From: Acidobacteriota bacterium | Lineage (GTDB): Bacteria > Acidobacteriota > CAIWXX01 | Length of the DNA stretch: 64,000 bases | Direction: 5' to 3' | Assembly (NCBI GenBank): GCA_040755995.1 | Contig: JBFMAF010000034.1 | Location: forward strand, 48,743 to 112,742 | Part shown: piece after piece, positions 28,783 through 38,710 of the stretch | How the letters are laid out: every line of letters begins with the position of its first letter | Position numbering within the stretch: the first letter of the stretch is position 1 | The notes under the pieces: generated by a model | The model's database searches: none | Told to the model about the DNA's origin: nothing | What the model saw: only the letters and a program-made list of their open reading frames with translations | Translations under genes and position numbers: made by a program

Positions 28783-30453
28783 CTACGAGGATCGAGCGCT
28801 TTCTGCCAGCTCGCTGATCATCGCCTCGCTACGAGCTGTAGCAGCTGCCTCCTGACTGTGCGACCAACGCTCCGCCGCCTCAAGGAAGTTCTCGTCGCCT
28901 ATGGCCGCGATCTCCAACTCTTTGTCGTGCTCCACCTGGATGATGAGCGGGAATCGGACGGCTTGGCCGCTGATGATCCCCTGGCCCGGTCCGAATCCCG
29001 GGAGTAGACGGCTGTCGTCCTTGCTCAAATTCTCCATGACCTTCTCGACGAAACTCTGGTCACGCGGGTTCACCAAACGAAAAATCATGAACGTGTTGCA
29101 CTGAGAAAGGGCCGTCTCGTCCAGGCGGCTTGGACGTTGGCTGACCAGCAGTAGGCCTGTGCCGAATTTGCGTCCCTCCGTGATCACCTTCCTGATGATC
29201 TCGAGCGAGGGGGTGTCCGCCTGCCCTTCGCTGTGCGATGGAATGAAGTTGTGGGCCTCTTCCACGACTGCCAGGAAGGGAGGGATCGCGTTCGACATGG
29301 AGGCGCGATGTTCGAATAGTTGTTTCAGCACGATCGACACTATGGTTGACTGCGTGAGGTGGTCGTAGCCGCCCAGGTACAGCACGCTCGCTTGGTTCGG
29401 CCGCACGAACCCGGCGGGATTCGTTAGGGGATCGGGCATGGGTTCAAAGGGAAACTGTTGGAGTGACGCCTGCTGCCGCAGTCTCTCATTGGATTTCCCC
29501 ATTTGCTGTATGTAGCCACGCACAATTCGCAGTCCGCGTTTCACCGCGGGAACCGTACCGGGGTGGCTCCCTTTCGGCAATTCATCGAGTTTCTGAACCA
29601 ATAGTTGAAGGAAATCGTCAAGCCCGACTTCGGAACGGAGTTCCACCTTCTCGAGCGCCTCGTCGTATCTGTCCCTTTGTGCGTCTGAAAACCCCTGGGT
29701 CATTTGTGACACCAGGTATCCCACGAGATCGCGGTTTTCGGACTTCACACGAAGGTTCGGGTAATAGAGACGCACAGTTCGACTGGGGAATAAGTCTCGC
29801 CTCGTGTAGAGGCCTAGGTAGTCGCCATGGGGATCCAGAATCAGGAGGGGATATCCCAGCGTCAACAACTCCCGAATGATTCTCCGCGCTGCTACCGTCT
29901 TCCCTCCGCCCGTCATCGCAAGGATCGCCATGTGACGAGCCACGATCGGACTCGTCTTGATCCTCACTTCGACATTAGAACGGCCGATCAACGTGCCCAA
30001 TTTCAGGCGTGGAGCATCTTCGTCGCCCGTCAGGATGGTCTTCACCGACTCGGCTGGAGGCAACAGCACCTCGCCTCCCGGACTGACAGGATAGTTGAGT
30101 GGGCGCATACGCTTGAAGTCACCCATAGGCGTCGCCCCGAGAACCAGCACTTTTCCCTCGACCTGGTCCCGCGACAGCGAGAGCACGGTGTCGCGGAGTT
30201 CGAGTCGCTCCTCGGCGAGCTCTTGGCCTGCCTCTGCCGGGAGAAAGGGGTTGAATCGGCCGAGTTCTACGATCCTCCCCCAAACCGCCACTCTTTCTTT
30301 CGTCAACGCCTCGCGATCGGACCCGGCAGGGCTGGGAACGTCCATCTCAGTGTACACGAGGTCCCCGAGTTTCGCCGCGTAGTTGCGCATGAAGAAACGG
30401 TACTCCTGAGGTGTCGTGTTGCCCACAACGGTGCCCACATGAATGCCAACCAT
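28783..30453 (-). CDS. herA: HerA-family ATPase/helicase (HAS barrel plus FtsK/HerA motor)
   Basis: HMAILAMTGGGKT, ILDPHGDY, VVEEAHNF, EGRKFG, SQRPS. Confidence 0.9.
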   Translation of the reverse strand: MVGIHVGTVVGNTTPQEYRFFMRNYAAKLGDLVYTEMDVPSPAGSDREALTKERVAVWGRIVELGRFNPFLPAEAGQELAEERLELRDTVLSLSRDQVEGKVLVLGATPMGDFKRMRPLNYPVSPGGEVLLPPAESVKTILTGDEDAPRLKLGTLIGRSNVEVRIKTSPIVARHMAILAMTGGGKTVAARRIIRELLTLGYPLLILDPHGDYLGLYTRRDLFPSRTVRLYYPNLRVKSENRDLVGYLVSQMTQGFSDAQRDRYDEALEKVELRSEVGLDDFLQLLVQKLDELPKGSHPGTVPAVKRGLRIVRGYIQQMGKSNERLRQQASLQQFPFEPMPDPLTNPAGFVRPNQASVLYLGGYDHLTQSTIVSIVLKQLFEHRASMSNAIPPFLAVVEEAHNFIPSHSEGQADTPSLEIIRKVITEGRKFGTGLLLVSQRPSRLDETALSQCNTFMIFRLVNPRDQSFVEKVMENLSKDDSRLLPGFGPGQGIISGQAVRFPLIIQVEHDKELEIAAIGDENFLEAAERWSHSQEAAATARSEAMISELAESARSS

Positions 30454-30472
30454 AAGACGTCCCTCCTCAATG

Positions 30473-32269
30473 CTACTGAGCCTTGGGTCTGAAGAAGAAG
30501 TCGCGCGGGCCCCTCGCCAGTAACAGTCTGACCTGGCTGACCAGGCGCGGGTCCCCTGTGTTCATCGCTCGACGCAGCATCCCCGCTGACAGGCTCGCGG
30601 ATACGCCGCGCGACAGCCAATCCGGTACCTTGGCGTACTTGTCGACGATGTCAAGTCCGACGGGGAACGCATAGCGCGGCAGCAACCTGGCGGTGTGGTA
30701 GAGGAATCGCGCAATGAAACCTGAGACCTCGGCGGCGGCTCGATTCATCTCCACCCTAAACGGGAAGTTACTTTCCTCACTCTTGACGAGCATCGCCGAC
30801 GGGCGGGGATACTGCGCCACCACGGGCTTCCAGCGATCACGGGCCCGCACCTCCAAGTTCTTGTCGACTTCTATGGGAGTGAGGTACTCGCCCTCCTTGA
30901 GAATGCAACCGAAAAGGAAATCGTCCGTGATGTCATACTGCTCGATTTTCTCGATCGCTGCCTCCTTATACGCTGCGGTAAAGACACGCTCCCGCTCCAA
31001 GCGGTCCATGACCGCCGTGGTGACCGCCCTGCCGACGGGGCGCTCCACGACTCCCACGACGGGGATGGTGCATTCGTCGATCAGCTGCATCAAGTAGGCG
31101 TAAATCGCCATGAACTGATTCCACATGGACGGTTCGCCTGGAATGTGCTGGACCTTGTTCGAAACCTTCCCTTCGTCGATTCCGATCTTGTTGAGGAATC
31201 CCGGCGCCAGGAACGGCACGTAATTCGGTGGGCCTTCGTCATACTGCTGGAAGGCGTTCACGAGGGGCCCGTGGATCAGAAGGGCCCGCGTCTCCGGATG
31301 CTCTCTCAGATGCAGCAGAGCCGTGAGAGCCTCCAGGGTGTACCGCGCCGCCTCCTGCAGACGCTTCGGGTCGGCGCGTTCAGGAAGGCGTCGACCTCCG
31401 TCCAGGAGGTCTCCGATGACGTAGGGGTGCATGGACCACTGCTCCCGGTGCTCTGGTTCTTCCACCCCGGGGCGAACCGAATATACGCCGACTCGCAACG
31501 CCAGCGGTTCGATGCCCGGGAGCGAAGCAATACGAGCCACGCCCCCGTCAACGAATGCGAACCGCTCTCCCTCCACCTCAGACCACATATCTAGATGGGA
31601 CTTGCGTATCTGTCCGATCCGGATCTTGGAGCCGGCGGTCTCCAAGGAGGCGCGCAATTGCTCGGCGAGTTTCTTGACGACTATCGGAAAGTGGATGTTT
31701 TCCTCCGTCCTCATCGAGAACAGGTGCGAAAAGAGCGCGGTCAGGATGTGCGGTGCGTCCAGGAAGCGCGCGGCGTGCAATGCGAACAGGTCGGGATCCT
31801 TTGCACTCGCCTCACGGTATAGGGCCTCGACAATATGCGGCGCTTCAACAACGGTCGCCTTCGTAGGTGGGATGTCGTATGATTGGAACCGCAATGCGGG
31901 TTCGATCGATTCGAGTCTGGACAGAAACTCGGGTTCCCACACGTCCACCACGCATCGCGCCTCGCTCTCGCTGCCTTCAATGAAGAAGGCGACGATCTTT
32001 CCGTGCAAGTCCGCAAGCTGCAAGTGCCTGCAGAGCCCCTCACACTTGACGTAGAAAGCCTCCTTGAACACCTGTATCCTGGCAGAGCCCTCTGCGACAA
32101 TAGTCCCGGGTGTATGGTCCTTGAACTTGATCAAGAGGCAGCAGCCGTCACGCAGATGGCCCGCGGCAGGTCCAACCGGACAGAGGGCGTGTTCGGCGAT
32201 CCGTCTGGCGTTCTGTTCGCCGCCGAGCAACCAGCCACCGTCGACGAGGATGAACAAGTTCCGATGCAC
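30473..32269 (-). CDS. nurA: NurA-domain nuclease with N-terminal extension
   Basis: FAFVDGG, LLIHGPL, VGVVER, FRVE, YAFPVGLDIVDKYAK. Directly upstream of herA. Confidence 0.72.
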   Translation of the reverse strand: MHRNLFILVDGGWLLGGEQNARRIAEHALCPVGPAAGHLRDGCCLLIKFKDHTPGTIVAEGSARIQVFKEAFYVKCEGLCRHLQLADLHGKIVAFFIEGSESEARCVVDVWEPEFLSRLESIEPALRFQSYDIPPTKATVVEAPHIVEALYREASAKDPDLFALHAARFLDAPHILTALFSHLFSMRTEENIHFPIVVKKLAEQLRASLETAGSKIRIGQIRKSHLDMWSEVEGERFAFVDGGVARIASLPGIEPLALRVGVYSVRPGVEEPEHREQWSMHPYVIGDLLDGGRRLPERADPKRLQEAARYTLEALTALLHLREHPETRALLIHGPLVNAFQQYDEGPPNYVPFLAPGFLNKIGIDEGKVSNKVQHIPGEPSMWNQFMAIYAYLMQLIDECTIPVVGVVERPVGRAVTTAVMDRLERERVFTAAYKEAAIEKIEQYDITDDFLFGCILKEGEYLTPIEVDKNLEVRARDRWKPVVAQYPRPSAMLVKSEESNFPFRVEMNRAAAEVSGFIARFLYHTARLLPRYAFPVGLDIVDKYAKVPDWLSRGVSASLSAGMLRRAMNTGDPRLVSQVRLLLARGPRDFFFRPKAQ

Positions 32270-32647
32270 GATGTCCTCCCTTCAGCGAGTCTCCTGACGG
32301 CCTCCTGACAAAGTATGCCTGAGGCGCATTGATGTCAAGCGGCATCGGAAAGCATCCCTGCAATTCAGACGCTGGGGAGAGGATTCGGCGATCCAGCGGG
32401 CGCGGCAGCTACGGCAGGGGCACTTACCTACGTTGGAAGGCGGGGGACCGGGGGGGGCCGGCGGTGCTGCGGTGTGAATCGAGATGTGGCATCACTGGAG
32501 AAGGCGGGAATGCCCACGCAGATCACGCCATCTGGTCTGAAGAAGCCAAGTGGAATCCGTTGAGACTCACGCGAGCAAGGGTGAGACCGGTCCGGAGCTT
32601 CTAGTAGAGCCAGAGGGGGAGCGGTGGAGGTGTCAGTGCCCTCGACG

Positions 32648-34306
32648 TTAAGGTGCTCTTGGGTTGGCCAGGAGGCTGTAGATTTCGCGCTTGAGGGACT
32701 GGACCTTCTTGAGGAGTTTTCTCCGGGGTTCGCCATCCGGGAGAAGCAGGAGTATCTCAGCGAACTCCGGGAGTGAGATCAAGCAGAACTTGTGTTGGTA
32801 GTAGAGCGCGACGACGTCGATTGCGGGTCCAAGGCGGCGGAGGAATTGGACCCTCGTTCCGCGGGTGAGTTCCCTTCGCTGGCGGAGGAGGTGGACTTGG
32901 AGCAGCGTGTAGGTGAGCAGGACGAAGAGGACGTGAGCGAGAACCAGGGAGAATGCGCGGGACGTGACCCTCATGAGATCCCAGAAGCACTTGTACTGGC
33001 GGTGCCGTTCCTCGATGGTGGGGCGGAGCTCATAGGTGGAGCGGATCTGTGCGGCGCTCCAGTCTCGCGCCGTGGTGACGATCACCCACTCTTCAACCTG
33101 TCCATGAACATCGATTTCGCGGCTGATGACAGCGGTCAGTGGCACGGGGCAGCTACTCCAGCTTGAGAGATCACGAACGATTCCGATGAGGGTGAGTGCT
33201 GGGACCATGGGCGGGGGCGGAGGGAGTCCTTTTCGCGCGGCCAGGGTCTGTTGTCTCTTTGCCTCGCGCTTGATGATTGTCGGATGTTTGGGCCGATCCG
33301 TTTGATCTCGCCGTGTTGCCACAGGACGTAGGAAGATCTCCCACGCGAAGTCCTTCATCGCGGCCAACGCCTGAACATCTATGAAGGCGTCCATGTTTTT
33401 CCTAAGAGGCATCACCGTATCGATCTGGTGAATCTGCTTGAGCCGCCCGATCGCCTCCCCGTCGATGAATCCACGATCCAGAATGAGCACACGCATCCAG
33501 CCGCGGCCAACTGCCTTCACAAACTCCTCGACCATTTCATAGAGAATCGCAGACTCGTGCTCGTTACCAGGAACGAGTCGCGCAGCGACCACAAAGAAGA
33601 AATCCATATTTCGATTGATATGGATCAGGTTGACCAGCTTGTAGCATCGCCTCCACTGGTAGCGCGTGTCTTTCAAGTCGACTTCTTCGTCGTTGACCGG
33701 ATGGTTATGTTCGTCGAATAGCAGCCTGACCGACCCCTCGTACCATTCATTGTCCGGGACGAACACATAGGAGGCGTCCCCGATGTAGACCCCCTCGGCA
33801 TCCAGGAGCTTGCTCCCGCGTAGCGCCCGGGGCACCTCTCGATTGAACCAGGCATGGAGCAGGCCAGAATCCGTATCACGGCCTAACTTGCGGAGGAAGT
33901 CCTGATCGCAGGGCGTCTGCCGGCCATTCGTGTTCTTGTCATTGAACCCCGTGCAGGCGAGCGACACGTCCCCTGAATCCGGATGAACCACCTTTCGTCC
34001 CACTTCCGGCCCCAGCGCGCTGATCAAGCCTCCTGAGCGGATGACGTAGGGAAAGGCCCGGTAGCTACCCGTCCCATGCAACCGCAGGCTCATCTGACTC
34101 GCGATGTAGACCCAAACCGGGACCTCCTCCTTCTTGCGCGGGGTCGGGTAGGTCTCCACCAGTCGATCCATTATCGGGCGCGCAAGAATGTGCCGGAAGA
34201 AATCGGCCTCGGCCGCCTCCGTCACCGGTTCAAGATAGTCCAGATTCCCCGCGCGGAGCGCGTCTAAAACAAACTCCCGATCATGCTCGAACGTAATAAG
34301 GTTCAT
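32648..34306 (-). CDS. DDE transposase (IS4/IS701-like superfamily)
   Basis: YIGDAS, LILDRGF, YELRPTIEERHRQYK (Y-x2-R-x3-E-x6-K signature). Confidence 0.85.
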   Translation of the reverse strand: MNLITFEHDREFVLDALRAGNLDYLEPVTEAAEADFFRHILARPIMDRLVETYPTPRKKEEVPVWVYIASQMSLRLHGTGSYRAFPYVIRSGGLISALGPEVGRKVVHPDSGDVSLACTGFNDKNTNGRQTPCDQDFLRKLGRDTDSGLLHAWFNREVPRALRGSKLLDAEGVYIGDASYVFVPDNEWYEGSVRLLFDEHNHPVNDEEVDLKDTRYQWRRCYKLVNLIHINRNMDFFFVVAARLVPGNEHESAILYEMVEEFVKAVGRGWMRVLILDRGFIDGEAIGRLKQIHQIDTVMPLRKNMDAFIDVQALAAMKDFAWEIFLRPVATRRDQTDRPKHPTIIKREAKRQQTLAARKGLPPPPPMVPALTLIGIVRDLSSWSSCPVPLTAVISREIDVHGQVEEWVIVTTARDWSAAQIRSTYELRPTIEERHRQYKCFWDLMRVTSRAFSLVLAHVLFVLLTYTLLQVHLLRQRRELTRGTRVQFLRRLGPAIDVVALYYQHKFCLISLPEFAEILLLLPDGEPRRKLLKKVQSLKREIYSLLANPRAP

Positions 34307-34725
34307 TGCTTCTTCTCCCGATTCCTCCGAAGCCGACGAGGCGGCGGTGGTGGCAGCCGCAATGCCTTCTCCAGCCGGTCCACTGCCGCAAGAATCTCAC
34401 TCTGAATCCGCACGAGAGTCGCCCGAGCCCGGCGGAAATCCCGATAGCGCAGCGTGAGCCGTTGAACCCGGAGACTGTCGGCAGGGGACACCGACCGCAA
34501 GCGCGTCTTGCCCTCCTCACTCCAGGTGATAACGTCGCTGACGTGTCGCGCCTCCTCAGACCTGGCGCAATGGCAGCCGGCCTTCCCGCACCGCGTGCGC
34601 AGCTTGTAGAGCGTCCCCTTGATCAACTCACGGGGTCGCAACAACGCCTCGATCAGGCGGCGATGCCGCTCGATCAGGTCGTGGAGCGTCTGCCTTTGAC
34701 GGCTCGCATGTACCAAATCGGCCAT
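34303..34725 (-). CDS. DUF6788-like IS accessory protein
   Basis: GTL...RCGKAGCHC...H motif; overlaps the transposase start (ATGA). Confidence 0.7.
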   Translation of the reverse strand: MADLVHASRQRQTLHDLIERHRRLIEALLRPRELIKGTLYKLRTRCGKAGCHCARSEEARHVSDVITWSEEGKTRLRSVSPADSLRVQRLTLRYRDFRRARATLVRIQSEILAAVDRLEKALRLPPPPPRRLRRNREKKQ

Positions 34726-35113
34726 TCTGGACCTCAGCCTTTATTCGCATTCTAGTAATAACATAAAGATTCAACCAAGGCAACAAGAAAAATGTGAGTT
34801 CCGACGAATAACCCTCCCTAACTCGGCCGACTAGCCGCCAGGGAGCCTACCCCTCGGAAAACCGGCCCATCGCCGCATGTGGCCGCTGGGCGGCCCGCCC
34901 TCCGAGGTTCACGGCAGGATCGTGGAGCCGGCGACAGGAGCCCGGGTGACGCCACACCCTACTGTCTGAATCGCAGGGAAAGCATCCGAGAAAGGGAGAA
35001 TGGACGGCCAATGCCGTCCAGCTGCCGAGCCTTCCTTGTTCCCATGTGTAATCCCTAGTTGGCGCCGCCCCTGGGGAACCTGGTACCGATCGATGATGTG
35101 CCAGCCTTCCTGT

Positions 35114-35356
35114 GGCGGCGTTCGACACGTTCTTCCTGACGGTGGTCGCGCTGGTGATCCTGACAGGTGTCCTCACGGAGGGGGGCGACTTGCATTCACA
35201 CCGGAGCTGGCCTGTGTGCTCTACGTGGTGCACCTGGGCGTGGTGCTCTGCCTCTTCATCACGTTCCCCTACTCCAAGTTCGCGCATATGCTCTACCGTA
35301 CGCTGGCCATGGTTCACGCCAGAATGGCGGGCATCGCGTCACCGCGCGCCAGGTAG
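35114..35356 (+). pseudogene. qmoC: 3' fragment of qmoC, diverged duplicate with a 1-bp deletion
   Basis: Homologous to about 19312-19552 (AFDTFFLTVV...FTPELACVLYVVHLG...PYSKFAHMLYRTLAMVHARMAG). Frameshift near 35180. Confidence 0.9.
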
Positions 35357-35424
35357 AGCGCTGCTGAGGATGGGACAATCCAACAAGTCTCGCGAGATAA
35401 TTTCAACGAAAGGGAGGAGTACTC

Positions 35425-36693
35425 ATGAGTAAACTCGTATCGCCGCATGGGAGTGCGGATCTGAAGGCTCTTCTGCTTCAAGGCAAGGAAGCGGAGGAGG
35501 AGAAGAAGAAGGCTGAGACGCTCAAGAAGGTGCCCATGACCAGCCGGGAAACCTCGGACCTGATCATGATGGCCATCGGAGCTTTCACGCCGCTGCCGGG
35601 GTTCATGGGCCGGGACGATTGGAAGGGCTGCTGCGAGAGCTACCAGCTGCCGTCCATGAAGAACCTGTTCTGGCCCATCCCGATCACGCTGTCGGCCGAG
35701 CAGGCGCTTGCCGATTCGATCAAGATCGGTGAGGAAGTCGGGCTCTGGGACACGGAGACCGAGGCCTACGTCGGGACTATGAAGGTCACCGAGAAGTACG
35801 GGATCGACAAGGAGTACGAGTGCAAGCAGGTGTTCCGGACCAACGACAAGGCGCATCCGGGCGTGCAGAAGGTCATGGAGCAGGCACCCGTCAACCTGGC
35901 CGGTCCGATCCGGCCGTTCTCGGAGTCCTACTACCCCGAGATGTTCTCCACCATCTATCAGCGCCCCGCGGATGCGAGGAAGCTGTTCCAGGAGCGCGGG
36001 TGGAGCACCGTGGCGGCGCTGCAGCTGCGCAACCCGATGCACGGCTCGCACGCATACCTGGCGTGGATCGCCATCGAAGTCTGCGACGGCGTCTACATCC
36101 ACCAGCTCGTCGGCAAGCTGAAGCCGGGAGACATACCGGCCGAGGTGCGCGTGAAGGCGATCGATGCGCTCGTGAACAAGTACTTCCGCAAGGAGCGCGT
36201 GATTCAGGGCGGGTACCCGATGGAGATGCGCTATGCCGGACCGCGTGAGGCGCTGTTGCACGCCGTGTTCCGCCAGAACTACGGCTGCAGCCACCTGATC
36301 GTCGGCCGCGACCACGCAGGTGTCGGCGACTACTACGGCCCGTTCGATGCGCAGAAGATCTTCCTGGAGATCCCGCACGACGCACTCGAGCTGAAGCCGC
36401 TGCCGCTCGACTGGACCTTCTACTGCTACGAGTGCAAAGGCATGGCGTCGATGAAGACCTGCCCGCACGAAAGCAAGGCCGTGATCGATGAGAACGGCAA
36501 CTACAAGGGCGGCGCCAGGCTCCTGCTCTCCGGTACGCTACTTCGCAAGCTGATGAGCGAAGGCAAGCCGGTGCCCGAGGAGTTCAGCAAGCCCGAGGTC
36601 ATCGCGATCCTCAACGACTACTACAACAGCCTCGAGAAGAAGGTGGAGATCAAGCTGCACGGATTCGCCACCGGCGAAGCCGGCAAGAAGTAA
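35425..36693 (+). CDS. sat: Sulfate adenylyltransferase, copy 2 (intact, near-identical to copy 1)
   Basis: 422 aa with about 8 substitutions relative to copy 1 (e.g. ADARKLFQE vs AEARKAFEE). RBS retained. Confidence 0.95.
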   Translation: MSKLVSPHGSADLKALLLQGKEAEEEKKKAETLKKVPMTSRETSDLIMMAIGAFTPLPGFMGRDDWKGCCESYQLPSMKNLFWPIPITLSAEQALADSIKIGEEVGLWDTETEAYVGTMKVTEKYGIDKEYECKQVFRTNDKAHPGVQKVMEQAPVNLAGPIRPFSESYYPEMFSTIYQRPADARKLFQERGWSTVAALQLRNPMHGSHAYLAWIAIEVCDGVYIHQLVGKLKPGDIPAEVRVKAIDALVNKYFRKERVIQGGYPMEMRYAGPREALLHAVFRQNYGCSHLIVGRDHAGVGDYYGPFDAQKIFLEIPHDALELKPLPLDWTFYCYECKGMASMKTCPHESKAVIDENGNYKGGARLLLSGTLLRKLMSEGKPVPEEFSKPEVIAILNDYYNSLEKKVEIKLHGFATGEAGKK

Positions 36694-36724
36694 TTACCCC
36701 CTTTACCCTCGCCTAACTTTCACC

Positions 36725-36756
36725 AACCGGGGCCTCCAGGCCCCGGTTTTTCTTTT
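36725..36756 (+). terminator. Terminator after sat copy 2
   Basis: Identical hairpin to 20927-20958. Confidence 0.85.
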
Positions 36757-36949
36757 CGGCTCATGAGGTGCCTGACCACAATAGGTCGTGCCCGATGTGT
36801 TCAGTGGTCTGGATGCGCTTCTTCTTTCCCCGCCGCATGACGCCCGTGCCTTGCTCGAGGGAAACGGCGAGGCGGTGAGGGGGAGACGCGGAGAACCGAA
36901 CACCACCTCTTCACCGCGTGTCCGCGTCGCTGCGACTCCCTCTCTCTTC

Positions 36950-37083
36950 GTTCGTATCGAAGCTCCGGGAAGGCCGTCTCGCTCGCGGTACCGGGTGCTG
37001 AAGCCTGCCGCCTCCAAGCAAGCAGCAAGCTGCTGGGCCAAACCGGAATCCTCTTCAACGTGACTCGTGAAAACGTCTGGCAT
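36950..37083 (-). pseudogene. TIR-domain protein, N-terminal fragment (truncated cassette)
   Basis: MPDVFTSHVEEDSGLAQQLAACLEAAGFSTRYRERDGLPG resembles the start of TIR_2. Begins just after an attC core. Confidence 0.6.
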
Positions 37084-37109
37084 CGGATATATCCCGCCGC
37101 TCGTTGTAC

Positions 37110-37172
37110 GCCCAACGCCGAGCATCAGCGGCACGAGGTCTTATCCGTGTCCGCTGGACGCTCTTGTTCGGC
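37110..37172 (-). other. Integron attC site
   Basis: Minus strand GCCGAAC-AAGAGCGTCCAGCGGAC...GCCGCTGATGCTCGGC-GTTGGGC: R''/R' boxes around an imperfect hairpin, 63 bp. Confidence 0.8.
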
Positions 37173-37367
37173 ACGTCTTGCCCTGGCGGTCGTGGCTCGG
37201 CGGCTTATCTCCTCGATTGTGAGATCCTCGTCGAGGCCCTCTCGCCACTTTGTTTGGTCAAATGGTTCTCGCTGAATCAGCGCTACGAAACGCTCGGCTT
37301 CAATGTCGCCAAGATACCTAGCTAGGACCTGTAGCCCCTTCATACGGATCTCAGTGTCAGTAATCAT
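37125..37367 (-). CDS. Putative antitoxin partner of a PIN toxin
   Basis: MITDTEIRMKGLQVL...EAERFVALIQREPFD. Overlaps the PIN stop codon and runs into the attC. Confidence 0.7.
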   Translation of the reverse strand: MITDTEIRMKGLQVLARYLGDIEAERFVALIQREPFDQTKWREGLDEDLTIEEISRRATTARARRAEQERPADTDKTSCR

Positions 37368-37820
37368 AGCCTGCGCTCCTTGATAAACAGTATCGGGTCC
37401 GCGATGTTGATTGCCGTCACCCGAGGCTTGCATTTCAATATTCTGTCATCGGTTGTGATGAAGTACTCGCATCCAGCGGCGATTGCGCAGGCCAGGTGCA
37501 AGGAATCGATCTTCGGAAGGCCCTCTTCATGCAGACTGCTCGCGTTCGCGAGCAGCTCGGGGCTCTCCTGGACCTCCAATTCAGCGCAGGCCCTCCAGAC
37601 GCTAATCCGGCTCTTGCGTTCCGGATACGGGTTCCTGTCGTTCTCGTAATCCAGAATATAAGACCAAACCCGGGATGCTTGTGACAAGCTGGTAATCCTT
37701 GCTGTGTTTATCCCACCAGTCCCGCGTCCATTTCGTGCGCGCGGCCATTTCCGGTTCGCTGCGGGTCTCGTAGTAGAAGCTCGGTATCGTCGTTTCGATG
37801 TAGACAAGCTGCTTCAGCAC
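37364..37820 (-). pseudogene. PIN-domain toxin; out-of-frame chimera of two PIN subfamilies
   Basis: N-part VYIETTIPSFYYE...WTRDWW joins near 37670 to a C-part VWSYILDYEN...DSLHLACA...FITTDD in another frame. Confidence 0.65.
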
Positions 37821-37974
37821 AAATCAGCCGCTGGCATTGAAAATCCGGTCAATCCGTCACGCAACACTCGGGTGATACGGTTCGGCTCTTCTGCTTCCAC
37901 CATAGCACCTCCTCTTGCGATGTAGTACATCCCGCGGTTTCATCGATGTCATGCTCTGCAAGTCAACCGGCCCG

Positions 37975-38038
37975 GCCCAACACCCCAGATCAGCGGCGGG
38001 CCGCGCAGCGGACCGTCCGCTGCAACCGGTTGTTAGGC
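37975..38038 (-). other. Integron attC site
   Basis: Minus strand GCCTAAC-AACCGGTTGCAGCGGAC...CCGCTGATCTGGGGT-GTTGGGC. The upstream gene's TAA stop lies within GCCTAAC. Confidence 0.88.
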
Positions 38039-38710
38039 CGGAGGCTCCTCGCGCTCGAACCTCGCGAGTTCGGCGAGGTGCCCGGCCGCCGATCGCAGTG
38101 CCCGACCCGAGAGGGCGTCCACCAACCGGCGGGCCCGTGGCCCGAGGTCAGGGCGCTCGACGTACCTGCGCGACAACAGGTGCCCGAGCGCGAGGAACGC
38201 CAGCCCGAAGACGACGTTCGCGATGAGCCAGGCAAGATCGATGCGGGCGAGCGCATCAACGCCGGTCAGCGCCTCGAACAGAACCAGACCTGCGGGGAGC
38301 CAGGCTACCACGCCTCCGATCACTGCCCACTTGAGTGCACGGTACTCCACGAGCCTAGTGTGCTCGAGCTCGCGCTGGATCTCCATTACCGGTGCGCCGT
38401 AGTCGAGCTTGAGGCTGTTGACCAACAGGTAGGTGCACAGCGCGGTGATCGCGCCGGTGAGCACGGCAAGCGCGCCACCCACGATGGCGTAGCGCGGCTC
38501 GGTTACGTGAGCGGCGAGGACCGACATCGCGACGACGAGCATGGTGATGCCGAGCGCCACCTCCAGCGCCCTCCACAGGACGTAGGGCGCGAGGGCGAAG
38601 CGGACCTTGCGCAGCAGCGCTTCGCGCAGAAGCCGCTGGTCGATGGCGACGCTCCGCTCCAGCATGGTGCCGTGCGCGGCCCAGGCTTCTTTCAAATCAT
38701 CGAACTGCAT
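38033..38710 (-). CDS. Membrane protein, putative anti-sigma factor
   Basis: MQFDDLKEAW start, about four transmembrane helices, overlaps the ECF sigma gene. Confidence 0.7.
   Translation of the reverse strand: MQFDDLKEAWAAHGTMLERSVAIDQRLLREALLRKVRFALAPYVLWRALEVALGITMLVVAMSVLAAHVTEPRYAIVGGALAVLTGAITALCTYLLVNSLKLDYGAPVMEIQRELEHTRLVEYRALKWAVIGGVVAWLPAGLVLFEALTGVDALARIDLAWLIANVVFGLAFLALGHLLSRRYVERPDLGPRARRLVDALSGRALRSAAGHLAELARFEREEPPA

Larger units (their letters stand above)
32600..34835 (-). mobile_element. Two-ORF insertion sequence (DUF6788-like protein plus DDE transposase); ends approximate
   Basis: Coupled ORFs. CTAG occurs at 32601 and 34831 (possible target duplication), but no clean terminal inverted repeat was seen. 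Confidence 0.55.
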
